Assembly: GCA_013152275.1 (NCBI GenBank)
Contig: JAADGS010000023.1
Coordinates: 45,152-65,151, forward strand
Direction: 5' to 3'
Length of the DNA stretch: 20,000 bases
Source of the DNA: Actinomycetota bacterium
GTDB lineage: Bacteria; Actinomycetota; Acidimicrobiia; Spongiisociales; UBA4744
Shown: in pieces, positions 7,910 to 16,309 of the stretch
Layout of the letters: each line of letters opens with the position of its first letter
Numbering within the stretch: position 1 is the stretch's first letter
The notes under the pieces: model-generated
Database searches by the model: none
Seen by the model: the letters and a program-made list of their open reading frames with translations, nothing else
What the model was told of the DNA's origin: nothing
Position numbers and translations under genes: made by a program

Positions 7910-8473
7910 TCACCGCCCAAACGCGTACTCTGCCAGCAAGCCGGGCTCGTCCTTGAACCGGGCGAGATCCAATACCGCCCAGATCGAGCGTAGGTTGCGG
8001 TAGTACCCTTCCCAGTCGAGGCCGTAGCCGAGCAGGAACTCGTCTCCCACCTCGAATCCTCGATATTCGACGGGGACATCGACGATGCGGCGCGGCACCT
8101 TGTCCAACAACGCAACGGTCCTCAAGCTCGCCACGTCTCTCGTGGAGAGCAGCCGTCGTAGAAATGTCAGAGAGAGCCCGGTATCGACGATGTCCTCGAC
8201 GATGAGCACATCCCGATGTTCCAGCGAAGTCTCCGTGTCCATGGAAACACGAGCCCGTCCTCCTTCGGCGAAACGGTTCAGCAGAAGAAAGTCGATCTCG
8301 CAATCACCGGTGATTGCGCGTGAGAGGTCGCTGAGAAAGGGAAGAGACCCCGCAAGAACACCTACCAGGACGGGGACGGTGTGGGCATAGTCGGCACTGA
8401 TGAGTCGACCGAGCGTTGCGATGCGGCTCTCGAGAGCCTGCTTGGTGATGACTTCGACGACCGGCTCAGCCAT
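7910..8473 (-). CDS. hpt: Hypoxanthine phosphoribosyltransferase-like protein (atypical active-site loops)
   Basis: PRPP motif VLIVEDIVDTGLSL, LLDK and EFLLGYGLD..YRNL. Start placed at ATG 8473 (MAEPVVEV), which overlaps the carboxypeptidase stop by 8 nt. Confidence 0.85.
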   Translation of the reverse strand: MAEPVVEVITKQALESRIATLGRLISADYAHTVPVLVGVLAGSLPFLSDLSRAITGDCEIDFLLLNRFAEGGRARVSMDTETSLEHRDVLIVEDIVDTGLSLTFLRRLLSTRDVASLRTVALLDKVPRRIVDVPVEYRGFEVGDEFLLGYGLDWEGYYRNLRSIWAVLDLARFKDEPGLLAEYAFGR

Positions 8474-9602
8474 TGCTCCACAACCATGACCAGTAACGTC
8501 CCACCCATCCAAGTGCATCTCTCAGGGTCGGAAGATGAGAAGAGTCGGCGCCGACGAGCGCGGCCTCCCCGGCACGTTCATCGCCGATGGTGGCGGTGAC
8601 CACCGGGATCACGCCTTGGAAGCCGGTGCGCAGGGTGACGGTTTCCTCCTTTGCGGCGAACGTCTTCACGGTGGAGTCGGCAGCCATGTCCTGCACGTCC
8701 GCGGAGGACCGCCGCTGTGCGTAGGTGACTCCCTTCATGATCACTTCGATCACTCCGAATTCCGTCGCACCGTAGTCGAGCAGCGCCGCCGCATCGGCGA
8801 AGCTGTCCGTCGATCCCATGACGACCGCGTAGAGTCGGCGGCCCGAGTTCTCTGCTGCTGCGACGAGGACGAGGCCGGCTTTGCCCGTGTAGCCCGTCTT
8901 GACGCCGATGGCACCTGCGTAGCTGCCAAGGAGCTGATTCGTGTTGTGGACGATTCGTTCGGTTCCATCCGGTGCATCCGGAAGTCTCGCCGTCTGCGTA
9001 CGGACCAAGGTTGCGAAGAGAGGGTTCTTCATGGCGACCCTCGCCATCGTCAGGAGGTCGCGGGCGCTGGTGAAGTGTCCGGGTGCATCCAGCCCGTGCG
9101 GATTGACGAAGTGAGTGTTCTCGAGTCCCAAAGAGCGAGCTTTTCCGTTCATCAAGGCCACGAAATCGTCCACGCTGCCACCAACACCTTCGGCCACCGC
9201 CACGGCGGCATCGTTGGCCGAACGAACCAGCATCGCGGTGAGAAGGTCTCTGAGCGTCCACGTCTCCCCCTCGACGAGACCGGCTTCGGCTTCTCCGATC
9301 CCTGCGGCGCGAGCACTGATCCGGATGGGATCATCGAGGTTGCCTTGCTCGAGAGCAACGAGTGCCGTCATGATCTTCGTCGTCGAGGCCATTGCTCGCC
9401 GTTCGTCGGCATTGTGCTCTGCAAGGACACGATCGAAGGTGTCATCGTAGAGAATCCACGCCTCTGCGGTCACATCTGGGGGAGCCCCGGAAAAGGCACC
9501 GTGGACCGGCAGGGGCGGCACGTCGCGTATGGCGCCGGCCGCCGGGGTGGCAGTGGCGACCATGGCGACGATGGACAGGAGAACGAGTGTGATCCGGCGC
9601 AT
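8466..9602 (-). CDS. D-alanyl-D-alanine carboxypeptidase (peptidase S11, PBP5/DacA-DacB type)
   Basis: Signal peptide, SxxK (ASTTK), SxN (RSANDAA), NPHGLD, KTG (GVKTGYT) and a Trp-rich amphipathic C-terminus. Confidence 0.94.
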   Translation of the reverse strand: MRRITLVLLSIVAMVATATPAAGAIRDVPPLPVHGAFSGAPPDVTAEAWILYDDTFDRVLAEHNADERRAMASTTKIMTALVALEQGNLDDPIRISARAAGIGEAEAGLVEGETWTLRDLLTAMLVRSANDAAVAVAEGVGGSVDDFVALMNGKARSLGLENTHFVNPHGLDAPGHFTSARDLLTMARVAMKNPLFATLVRTQTARLPDAPDGTERIVHNTNQLLGSYAGAIGVKTGYTGKAGLVLVAAAENSGRRLYAVVMGSTDSFADAAALLDYGATEFGVIEVIMKGVTYAQRRSSADVQDMAADSTVKTFAAKEETVTLRTGFQGVIPVVTATIGDERAGEAALVGADSSHLPTLRDALGWVGRYWSWLWSNG

Positions 9603-9728
9603 CTAAGACCTCGGAGCCTGTTCCCGTGTTTGCGCCGTCTCGATGACGGACACCGGAGTACCGGGTCGTGGGTGGGGAGAACCGGAAACGTCGAGGCTCG
9701 TTCGGTGCATGATCTGTGGCTTCGGCTC

Positions 9729-10415
9729 TTACTCTGCTGCCATGAGTGCGCGCAGTTGCTCCGAGAGAGCGGCGCTTCGCATCTTTGCGATTGCGTCTGC
9801 GCAGGCGGCGAGCGTCTCGGCGGCTCGTTGTCGTGCCTCCGGGTTCCTGGCGCGTAGCAGTGCAGCCGTGAGGGCCTCCAACAGTTCGGCATCCCGCTCG
9901 CTGGAGATGCGGACGGAGCGCAGGTGACGGCCCTCGAGGCCGTAGGCGAGCAACCTCTGCGCCTGGGTGGCGACGGCTACCTCTTCGGCCGAATAGCGCT
10001 CGGGTGTTCCCTCCTCCGGTCTCACCACACGGTTGTCGATCAGATCGCTCAATTGCCGAGAAGACAGTCCGGTCAGTCGCCGAAGCTCGTTGCGATCGAC
10101 TTCTTGGCCGGCGGGCTGGAAGAGCTGTTCCGGTGGTGGGCCGGCAGGTGCGGGAACCGGCATCTCTTCTCCGCGTTCCCACATCGTCAACTTCGACTTG
10201 ATCACTTTCAGAGGAAGGAAGTGATCTCGCTGTTGTTGGAGGATGTAGCGGAGCCGGGCCACGTCTTCGTCAGAGAAGGACCGATAGCCCGAAGCGCTGC
10301 GACTCGGATTGATCAGGCCTCGACCTTCCAGAAACCGTACTTTCGATACGGTCAGGTCCGGAAACTCATCCTTGAGGAGGGTGATCACCTCGCCGATCGA
10401 CAACCCTTCACTCAT
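9729..10415 (-). CDS. ftsR: MerR-family regulator, Rv1828/FtsR-like
   Basis: LSIGEV...EFPDLTVSKVRFLE..GLINPSR..SGYR and QRDHFLPLKVIK, plus a second HTH-like region (RNELRRLTGLS, GLEGRHLR). It lies directly after the garA-like gene. Confidence 0.88.
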   Translation of the reverse strand: MSEGLSIGEVITLLKDEFPDLTVSKVRFLEGRGLINPSRSASGYRSFSDEDVARLRYILQQQRDHFLPLKVIKSKLTMWERGEEMPVPAPAGPPPEQLFQPAGQEVDRNELRRLTGLSSRQLSDLIDNRVVRPEEGTPERYSAEEVAVATQAQRLLAYGLEGRHLRSVRISSERDAELLEALTAALLRARNPEARQRAAETLAACADAIAKMRSAALSEQLRALMAAE

Positions 10416-10851
10416 TGCCTTTGGCCACCACGAGATGAAACTTCCCGACGATCACCTCGTCCCCCGTCTTGAGCGTTGCCCTATCGACACGCTCTCCGTT
10501 TACATAGGTACCGTTGGTTGAGCCGGAATCTTCGACGATGAGGTTGGTACGGTCGAGAATCAACCGACAGTGGTGGCGAGAAACCGTGATGTCATCGAGG
10601 AAGATGGCAGAGTCCGGATGTCGGCCGACGGTGGTCGTCCCCTCCTGGAGAACCCATCCCATGCCTGCCCTCGGGCCACGTTTGACGAGAAGAATATGGT
10701 CCCCGGAAAGCGTTGCTTCCGCTGCCTCCGGGACCAGCGCGGCCATCTCGGGTACGAAGGTCATCGTCGGTTCGTGCTCGATGGAGATCCCACAGACGGG
10801 ACATTGAGCCGCGTCGTTGGGAATCTCGGCATGACAACTGGGACAGTGCAT
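10408..10851 (-). CDS. garA: FHA-domain protein GarA/OdhI-like with N-terminal zinc ribbon
   Basis: CPSC..CPVC, then LLVKRGPRAG, GRHPDSAIFLDDITVSRHH, DSGSTNGTYVNG and GKFHL. Syntenic with gcvH and Rv1828. Confidence 0.88.
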   Translation of the reverse strand: MHCPSCHAEIPNDAAQCPVCGISIEHEPTMTFVPEMAALVPEAAEATLSGDHILLVKRGPRAGMGWVLQEGTTTVGRHPDSAIFLDDITVSRHHCRLILDRTNLIVEDSGSTNGTYVNGERVDRATLKTGDEVIVGKFHLVVAKGNE

Positions 10852-10858
10852 TACCCGT

Positions 10859-10890
10859 ATCGTAGCCGCCGATCACTGCACGCTGTGCAA
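10859..10890 (-). promoter_or_regulatory. Putative promoter for a leaderless or near-leaderless garA-ftsR transcript
   Basis: -10 TACGAT (10864-10859) lies 7 nt before the ATG and there is no SD. Possible -35 TTGCAC (10890-10885) with a 20-bp spacer. Confidence 0.45.
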
Positions 10891-10975
10891 TGCGTGAGGA
10901 GCGACCGGGCATCGTGTGCATATGAAGCGACCGCGCCCTCGACCTCGGGCAAGACGGAATCGTTGCGTGCAGACG

Positions 10976-11362
10976 TCAGGCGTGGGCCGTCAGCTCCGCA
11001 TACGCAGCCGCATCCAGCAGAGTGGCGGCCTCTGCGGCGTCGGTCGGCTGCATGAGCGCAATCCAGCCTTGGCCGTAGGGATCGGCGTTGATGAGCTCCG
11101 GGTGATCGGCAAGGGTCACGTTGACGGCCACGACGGTGCCCGAAATCGGAGCGAAGACGTCGGACACCGACTTGGTGGACTCGAGTTCACAGAGCGAGTC
11201 TCCCTTCGCATACGTGGTTCCCACATCGGGGAGATCCACATATACGACGTCGCCGAGAGCATCCTGAGCGAAGTCACTGATGCCGATGCGGATCTTGCCG
11301 TCCGGTTCCTGGAGTATCCACTCGTGATCTTCGGTGTAGCGCCTATCTTCTGCAACCTGCAT
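10976..11362 (-). CDS. gcvH: Glycine cleavage system H protein
   Basis: YTEDHEW, GISDFAQDALGDVVYV, lipoyl-Lys motif ESTKSVSDVFAP and INADPYGQGW. SD AGGAGG. Confidence 0.97.
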   Translation of the reverse strand: MQVAEDRRYTEDHEWILQEPDGKIRIGISDFAQDALGDVVYVDLPDVGTTYAKGDSLCELESTKSVSDVFAPISGTVVAVNVTLADHPELINADPYGQGWIALMQPTDAAEAATLLDAAAYAELTAHA

Positions 11363-11393
11363 TCGGCTCTGCCTCCTGTTGCTTCACGGCAGC

Positions 11394-11927
11394 TTACAGC
11401 GCCCTGCGTACATCCCCGACGTAGAGGACGGCCACCCACCAGTACAGAACCAACCCGACCACACCGAAGCTCCACGCGATCGCGGCGAACAGGCTCGGGA
11501 GCAACGAACCGTGGGAAACGTAGAAGGCGGGAATCGCTCCGTAGAGGATGAATGTGGCGAGTTTACCGAGCCGGCGAACATCGATCTTCTTGCCGTGTCC
11601 TGCGAGGAACAGCGCACCCGCCCCGACGAGTACATCCCTCACCGCGATCCCGATGCCGAGACCGAGGGGAATCACCCCGACGAACATCCCGCCGATCACC
11701 GCGGTTGCGATGGCGAGCCGGTCGGCAAGCGGGTCCAGCACCTTTCCGAGTTCGCTCACCTGGTTCAGACGTCTGGCGAGGTAGCCGTCGATCCAGTCGG
11801 TCCAGCCGATCAGAAGGAGGAGCCATCCTGCCGCAGCCGCTTCGTTTCGGCTGAATGCGAGCCATGCGAAGATGCCGACTCCAACCAGGCGCAGCGCCGA
11901 GATCAGGTTTGGGATGGTGAGAATCAG
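11394..11927 (-). CDS. pgsA2: CDP-alcohol phosphatidyltransferase (PgsA2/Rv1822-like, probable cardiolipin synthase type)
   Basis: LTIPNLIS and the signature TDWIDGYLARRLNQVSELGKVLDPLADR. Start is either CTG 11927 (coupled to the oppF stop) or GTG 11951. Confidence 0.88.
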   Translation of the reverse strand: MILTIPNLISALRLVGVGIFAWLAFSRNEAAAAGWLLLLIGWTDWIDGYLARRLNQVSELGKVLDPLADRLAIATAVIGGMFVGVIPLGLGIGIAVRDVLVGAGALFLAGHGKKIDVRRLGKLATFILYGAIPAFYVSHGSLLPSLFAAIAWSFGVVGLVLYWWVAVLYVGDVRRAL

Positions 11928-12940
11928 TGCGTTTGCTCCACGACATAGCACGCGACGAGGTGCTCGGGACTTGTCTCGATGAGTTCAGGATGAGGGTTGG
12001 TACGACACTGCTCGGTGGCCCATCGGCAACGTTCGATGAACCGGCAGAGGGGAGGCGGATCGATCGCCTTGGTGATGCCGCCTTCGATCTCGACGTCAGG
12101 CCGTTCGTAACTGGGGTCCGGAACGGGAACGGCGGAGAGGAGCGCTCTGGTGTACGGGTGGAGTGCGTTTGCGAGCAGGTCTTCGGTTCTGGCGATTTCG
12201 ACGATCTTGCCGAGGTACATCACCGCGATCCGGTCGCACATGTAGCGTGCAACGGCGAGGTCGTGGGTGATGTAGAGGTAGGAGACGCCGAATTCTTCGG
12301 CGAGTCGAAGCATGATGTCCATGATGGAGATGCGGATGCTCACGTCGAGCATCGACGTCGGTTCGTCGGCCACCACGAATGCAGGGTCGATAACGAGGGC
12401 ACGAGCGATGGCGACTCGTTGCCGCTGACCGCCGGAGAGTTCGTGCGGGTACCGGAACAGGAACGTGGTCGCGGGTGTGAGTCCGACCATCTCCAGCAGC
12501 TCGGCGACACGGTGCTCCCGTTCGGGGAGCCGCCCGATGCCTTGCACCTGGAGTGGCTCTGCGATCGTGTCGAAGATCGTCCGCCGGGGGTTCATGGACT
12601 CGTACGGGTCCTGGAAGATCATCTGAACCCTGCGGCGGAAGCGTTTCATGCCGTCCCTGCCGATGTCGGAGACGTTGAGCATCTCCTCCCCGTCTCGCAG
12701 CAGGATATCTCCGCCCGTAGGGGCGTCGAGGCGGGCGAGAATGCGACCGGTCGTCGTCTTTCCCGAACCGGACTCCCCCACCAGGCCCAGACTCTCACCT
12801 GCTGCGATCTCGAAGCTGACGCCATCGACCGCGTGAATGAACTGCGTTGCCTTGCGGAAGAGGCCACGTCCCAGAGGGAAGAGCTTCTGTAGGTGCTCGA
12901 CTTTGATGAGGGGCTGCTCCGTCTGTTGCTTCAGCGTCAT
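11924..12940 (-). CDS. oppF: Oligopeptide/dipeptide ABC transporter ATPase (OppF/AppF)
   Basis: Walker [31 protein letters not shown] and the C-terminal oligo_HPY domain (HPYT..CRF..RC..C..HLVACY). Confidence 0.93.
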   Translation of the reverse strand: MTLKQQTEQPLIKVEHLQKLFPLGRGLFRKATQFIHAVDGVSFEIAAGESLGLVGESGSGKTTTGRILARLDAPTGGDILLRDGEEMLNVSDIGRDGMKRFRRRVQMIFQDPYESMNPRRTIFDTIAEPLQVQGIGRLPEREHRVAELLEMVGLTPATTFLFRYPHELSGGQRQRVAIARALVIDPAFVVADEPTSMLDVSIRISIMDIMLRLAEEFGVSYLYITHDLAVARYMCDRIAVMYLGKIVEIARTEDLLANALHPYTRALLSAVPVPDPSYERPDVEIEGGITKAIDPPPLCRFIERCRWATEQCRTNPHPELIETSPEHLVACYVVEQTH

Positions 12941-13953
12941 GGTTCCAGCCTCCCGAGTTCCGGGACTTCCTCCGAGTGCCAGCAGGCGACACGGTGCCCT
13001 TGCGAGATCTCATCGAACGGCGGCTCATCGGTTGCACAGATCTCTGTCGCCCACGGGCACCGTGGGTGGAATCTGCAGCCTGTCGGCGGATCGAGGAGGT
13101 CGGGCGGCTCGCCTTCGAGGGGAGCGAGTTTGCGCCTGGGCCCTCTGACGCTCGGCGTCGATGCGAGCAGGAGGTAGGTATACGGATGGGCAGGGCGGGG
13201 GAACACCTCTGCGGTGTCGCCGAGTTCGACGAGTCTTCCCGCGTACATGACTCCGATGCGATCACTGACCTCCGCGATGACGGCGACATCGTGGGAGATA
13301 TAGATGATGGCCATCCCGAGCTCCCGCTGCACGTGCTTCAGCTCGGTCAAGATCTGGTCCTGCACGATGACATCGAGGGCGGTCGTCGGCTCGTCGGCGA
13401 TGATGATCTTGGGATCACACGACAGCGCCATGGCAATGATCGCCCGCTGACGCATGCCTCCCGAGAACTCGTGAGGATACCGGTCCATCATCGCGGCCGT
13501 CAGTCCCACGAGTTCGAAAAGCTCGGCGATACGCTCGCGCCCCTCTGTCTCCATCATGTCGGGGAAGTGCAACTCCATCGCTTCCCAGATCTGATCGCCG
13601 ATCTTGTAGACGGGATTCCAGGCGTTCATGGCACCCTGGAACACCATGGAGATATCACTCCAGCGGTGGTGGCGCATTTCCTCGTCGGAGATATGCGCGA
13701 TGTCCGTACCGGCAAGGATGACCCGACCACTGACGATCTTTGCGTTGTCCGCAAGCAACCGGATCAGCGTCATGGCCACGGAGGTCTTCCCACACCCCGA
13801 CTCCCCCACCAAGCCCAGAGCTTCGCCTTGGGCGAGGGTGAAGCTGACGTTGTCGACGGCCTTGACCTCGCCTGCCTTCACCATGTAGTGCATCGTGAGG
13901 CGATCAACCTCGAGTACCAATTGTGCCGTTCGTGACTCTTGGTCCAAAACCAT
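12937..13953 (-). CDS. oppD: Oligopeptide/dipeptide ABC transporter ATPase (OppD/AppD)
   Basis: GESGCGKT, YPHEFSGGMRQR, ADEPTTALDV, HPYT and GCRFHPRC. Confidence 0.93.
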   Translation of the reverse strand: MVLDQESRTAQLVLEVDRLTMHYMVKAGEVKAVDNVSFTLAQGEALGLVGESGCGKTSVAMTLIRLLADNAKIVSGRVILAGTDIAHISDEEMRHHRWSDISMVFQGAMNAWNPVYKIGDQIWEAMELHFPDMMETEGRERIAELFELVGLTAAMMDRYPHEFSGGMRQRAIIAMALSCDPKIIIADEPTTALDVIVQDQILTELKHVQRELGMAIIYISHDVAVIAEVSDRIGVMYAGRLVELGDTAEVFPRPAHPYTYLLLASTPSVRGPRRKLAPLEGEPPDLLDPPTGCRFHPRCPWATEICATDEPPFDEISQGHRVACWHSEEVPELGRLEP

Positions 13954-13957
13954 CTCC

Positions 13958-15034
13958 CTACCGTTTCCTCAGCCTCGGGTTGATGATCTCGTCCATCGCC
14001 CTTCCGACCAGGTAGAACGAACCGGCCAGGAGCGTCACCGACAGGCCTGCGGGAAAGAGCAGCCACCAGTAACTGGCGCTCGACAGCAGGTATCCCTGCG
14101 AGTTTGCCGTGTAGATCATGATCCCCCAGCTCATATTGATGTTCATCAATCCGAGGAAGGACAGTGTCGCCTCGATCGAGATCGCATCCGTGACCGAGAA
14201 CATCATGTAGAGAAAGCTCAAGGGAAGCACATTGGGGATGATGTGCCGGAAGATCAGATGCATTCGCCCGCCCCCGGCTACACGGGCAGCGTCGATGAAT
14301 GGCTTCACCGCCACCGAAAGGGCTTGAGACTTCAGGATGATGGCGGTGCCCCCGAAGCCGGACAGTAGTCCAATCATGATGGCGAGGTGGAGCAGCTGGA
14401 AGTGGATCAGCGCCGACAGCACGATCAAGATGGGCAGGAACGGCACGAGGATGATCAGGTCGGCAAGCCTCATGAACAGGGTGTCGACGATTCCCCCGAA
14501 GAACGCGGACACCGCGCCGACGGTCGTGGCTATTCCGACGGTGACGAGGGCCGCCACGATACCGAGCATGAATGCGGCGCGCGTGCTGAACATGAGCTGA
14601 GAGAGCACGTCACGGCCCAGTGGGTCCGTACCCAACAAATGGGCGCGCGATGGAGGCGCCGGCTGCAGCGTGATATCCATCGTGTCGCCCACCTTCAGCA
14701 TCGGATTCAACAGGCGCGCGCTGAAGAGATCGATCTGTGTGTTCGTATCGGTGACCTCGTTGTCGGGAACGACCACTTTCTCTTGGAGAGGAGCGTCGTA
14801 GCCGATGACAGGGTCGTAGATGGTCGGGTTCCAGACGTACTTCATGAGAAGCGGATGAGAGAGCGCCGCGAGTCCGTAGATCATGATGATCGCGAGGCCG
14901 ACCAGTCCGATCCGACTCTCGACGAAAGAGGACCAGCCGTTGCGGAATCCGCGCCAGGCGAGTCGGAGACGCACACGCCACAACGGCTCCTGGATCAGGT
15001 GAGGCGTCTCTGGGACCATCAGCCGGTCGGCCAT
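13958..15034 (-). CDS. oppC: Peptide/nickel ABC transporter permease (OppC)
   Basis: HLLGTDPLGRDV, EAA-like FIDAARVAGG..IFRHIIPN and WWLLFPAG. ATG 15034 follows SD GGAGG; TTG 15040 is an alternative start. Confidence 0.92.
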   Translation of the reverse strand: MADRLMVPETPHLIQEPLWRVRLRLAWRGFRNGWSSFVESRIGLVGLAIIMIYGLAALSHPLLMKYVWNPTIYDPVIGYDAPLQEKVVVPDNEVTDTNTQIDLFSARLLNPMLKVGDTMDITLQPAPPSRAHLLGTDPLGRDVLSQLMFSTRAAFMLGIVAALVTVGIATTVGAVSAFFGGIVDTLFMRLADLIILVPFLPILIVLSALIHFQLLHLAIMIGLLSGFGGTAIILKSQALSVAVKPFIDAARVAGGGRMHLIFRHIIPNVLPLSFLYMMFSVTDAISIEATLSFLGLMNINMSWGIMIYTANSQGYLLSSASYWWLLFPAGLSVTLLAGSFYLVGRAMDEIINPRLRKR

Positions 15035-15036
15035 CG

Positions 15037-16206
15037 TCAACCTCCGACTCGAATCCGTGGATCGAGGAACATGTACAGGATGTCGACCACCATGTGAGCG
15101 AGCAGCGCAAGGATCGCGATGAACGTGAACGCTCCGATGACGAGCGGGATGTCTTCGGCAAGCGCAGCGGTCAGCAGTGTCCGCCCCATGCCGGGCCAGG
15201 AGAAGACTTCTTCGGTGATCACGCCCCCACCGATCAGAAACGCAAGTCCGATCACGAGAGAGGTCGTTACCGGGAGTAAGGCGTTTCTGGCAGCGTGCTT
15301 GTCGCGGATCACCTTCGTCGACAGACCTTTCGCTCTGGCCGTCAGGATGTAGTCCTCACGCAGCGTTTCGAGCATCGAAGCTCTCGTCAGCAGCATCGTC
15401 CCACCGAATCCGATGAGCGACAGGGTGATCGTCGGCAGGATCAGATGATCGCCGATGTCGAGGGCGTACGGCAGCAGTACGCTCCACACGGTCATCCACC
15501 AGATGACCGTCGCACCTATGAAGACGATTCTGCCCGCCCAGATCACCCGCCTCCCGACGATCCGGTTGTGCCTTCTCCTCCCGATCATCTCGGTGATGAC
15601 GAGCGCAGTGCCGAGCAGGGCGACGGTCAGCAACATCCTGTTGAAGACATAGTTGGCATTGAATGTATCCGGTTTGTCCAGCCATTTCTCGACCGTGAGG
15701 AACTTGCCGCCCGGAAAGAGCTTGAAGTCGAAGGAGAACGTTCGGATCATCAGGAGAGCGAACCACGGATAGAACACGGTCTGAAAGAAGACGCCCGTGA
15801 CCGTTATCAGGTTCTCTCCCCGCTTCCCCCTCCGCCAGGCGAGGATCTTGCCGGATTTGAAACCCATCCAGAACGAGAGGAGTGTCGCGAAGACGAAGAG
15901 TGCGACGGTGCGGGGAATGCGTTCCTTGAGGATGTCCGAGACTTCCCGGGGGTATTCGGAGAAGGAAACACCGAGGTTTCCGGTCACGAAGTTCTGCATG
16001 TAGCGGACGTATTGGTCCCACGCCGATCCGGTGAGGCCGAGACGTTCCGCGTACTGCTGGCGCGCCTCCGGTGGGATCTTCGGATTGGAGAGGAACTGGT
16101 CGCTGATATCACCGGGCTGTGCCTGCAAGAGGAAGAAGGTTGCAGTGAGGAAGACGAAGAAGACGAGCACGTTCTGGAGCGTGCGCTTCCCGATGTACTT
16201 CAGCAA
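15037..16206 (-). CDS. oppB: Peptide/nickel ABC transporter permease (OppB)
   Basis: PGD, GNLGVSF, HLILPTITL, EDYILTARAKGL..KHAARNA, FSWPGMG and LDPRIR. TTG start with SD GAGGAGG. Confidence 0.92.
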   Translation of the reverse strand: MLKYIGKRTLQNVLVFFVFLTATFFLLQAQPGDISDQFLSNPKIPPEARQQYAERLGLTGSAWDQYVRYMQNFVTGNLGVSFSEYPREVSDILKERIPRTVALFVFATLLSFWMGFKSGKILAWRRGKRGENLITVTGVFFQTVFYPWFALLMIRTFSFDFKLFPGGKFLTVEKWLDKPDTFNANYVFNRMLLTVALLGTALVITEMIGRRRHNRIVGRRVIWAGRIVFIGATVIWWMTVWSVLLPYALDIGDHLILPTITLSLIGFGGTMLLTRASMLETLREDYILTARAKGLSTKVIRDKHAARNALLPVTTSLVIGLAFLIGGGVITEEVFSWPGMGRTLLTAALAEDIPLVIGAFTFIAILALLAHMVVDILYMFLDPRIRVGG

Positions 16207-16253
16207 TCTCTGCCTCCTCGCACGTCCTGCAGGCTGTGGGAGCTTAACACCGT

Positions 16254-16291
16254 CGAAAGGAGGGGAGGGCTCTCGCCCTCCCCTCCTTTCG
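16254..16291 (-). terminator. Perfect 17-bp stem-loop between oppA and oppB (mRNA stabiliser or partial terminator)
   Basis: On the mRNA strand: CGAAAGGAGGGGAGGGC-GAGA-GCCCTCCCCTCCTTTCG, 18 nt after the oppA stop. GNRA loop and no U-tract. Confidence 0.8.
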
Positions 16292-16309
16292 CATTGTGTT
16301 GTCGGTTGC

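Noticed and set aside
8474..8518. Upstream ATG 8518 as the hpt-like start
   Set aside because: Adds 15 non-homologous residues deep inside the carboxypeptidase gene. ATG 8473 has a GGAG SD and matches the family N-terminus.
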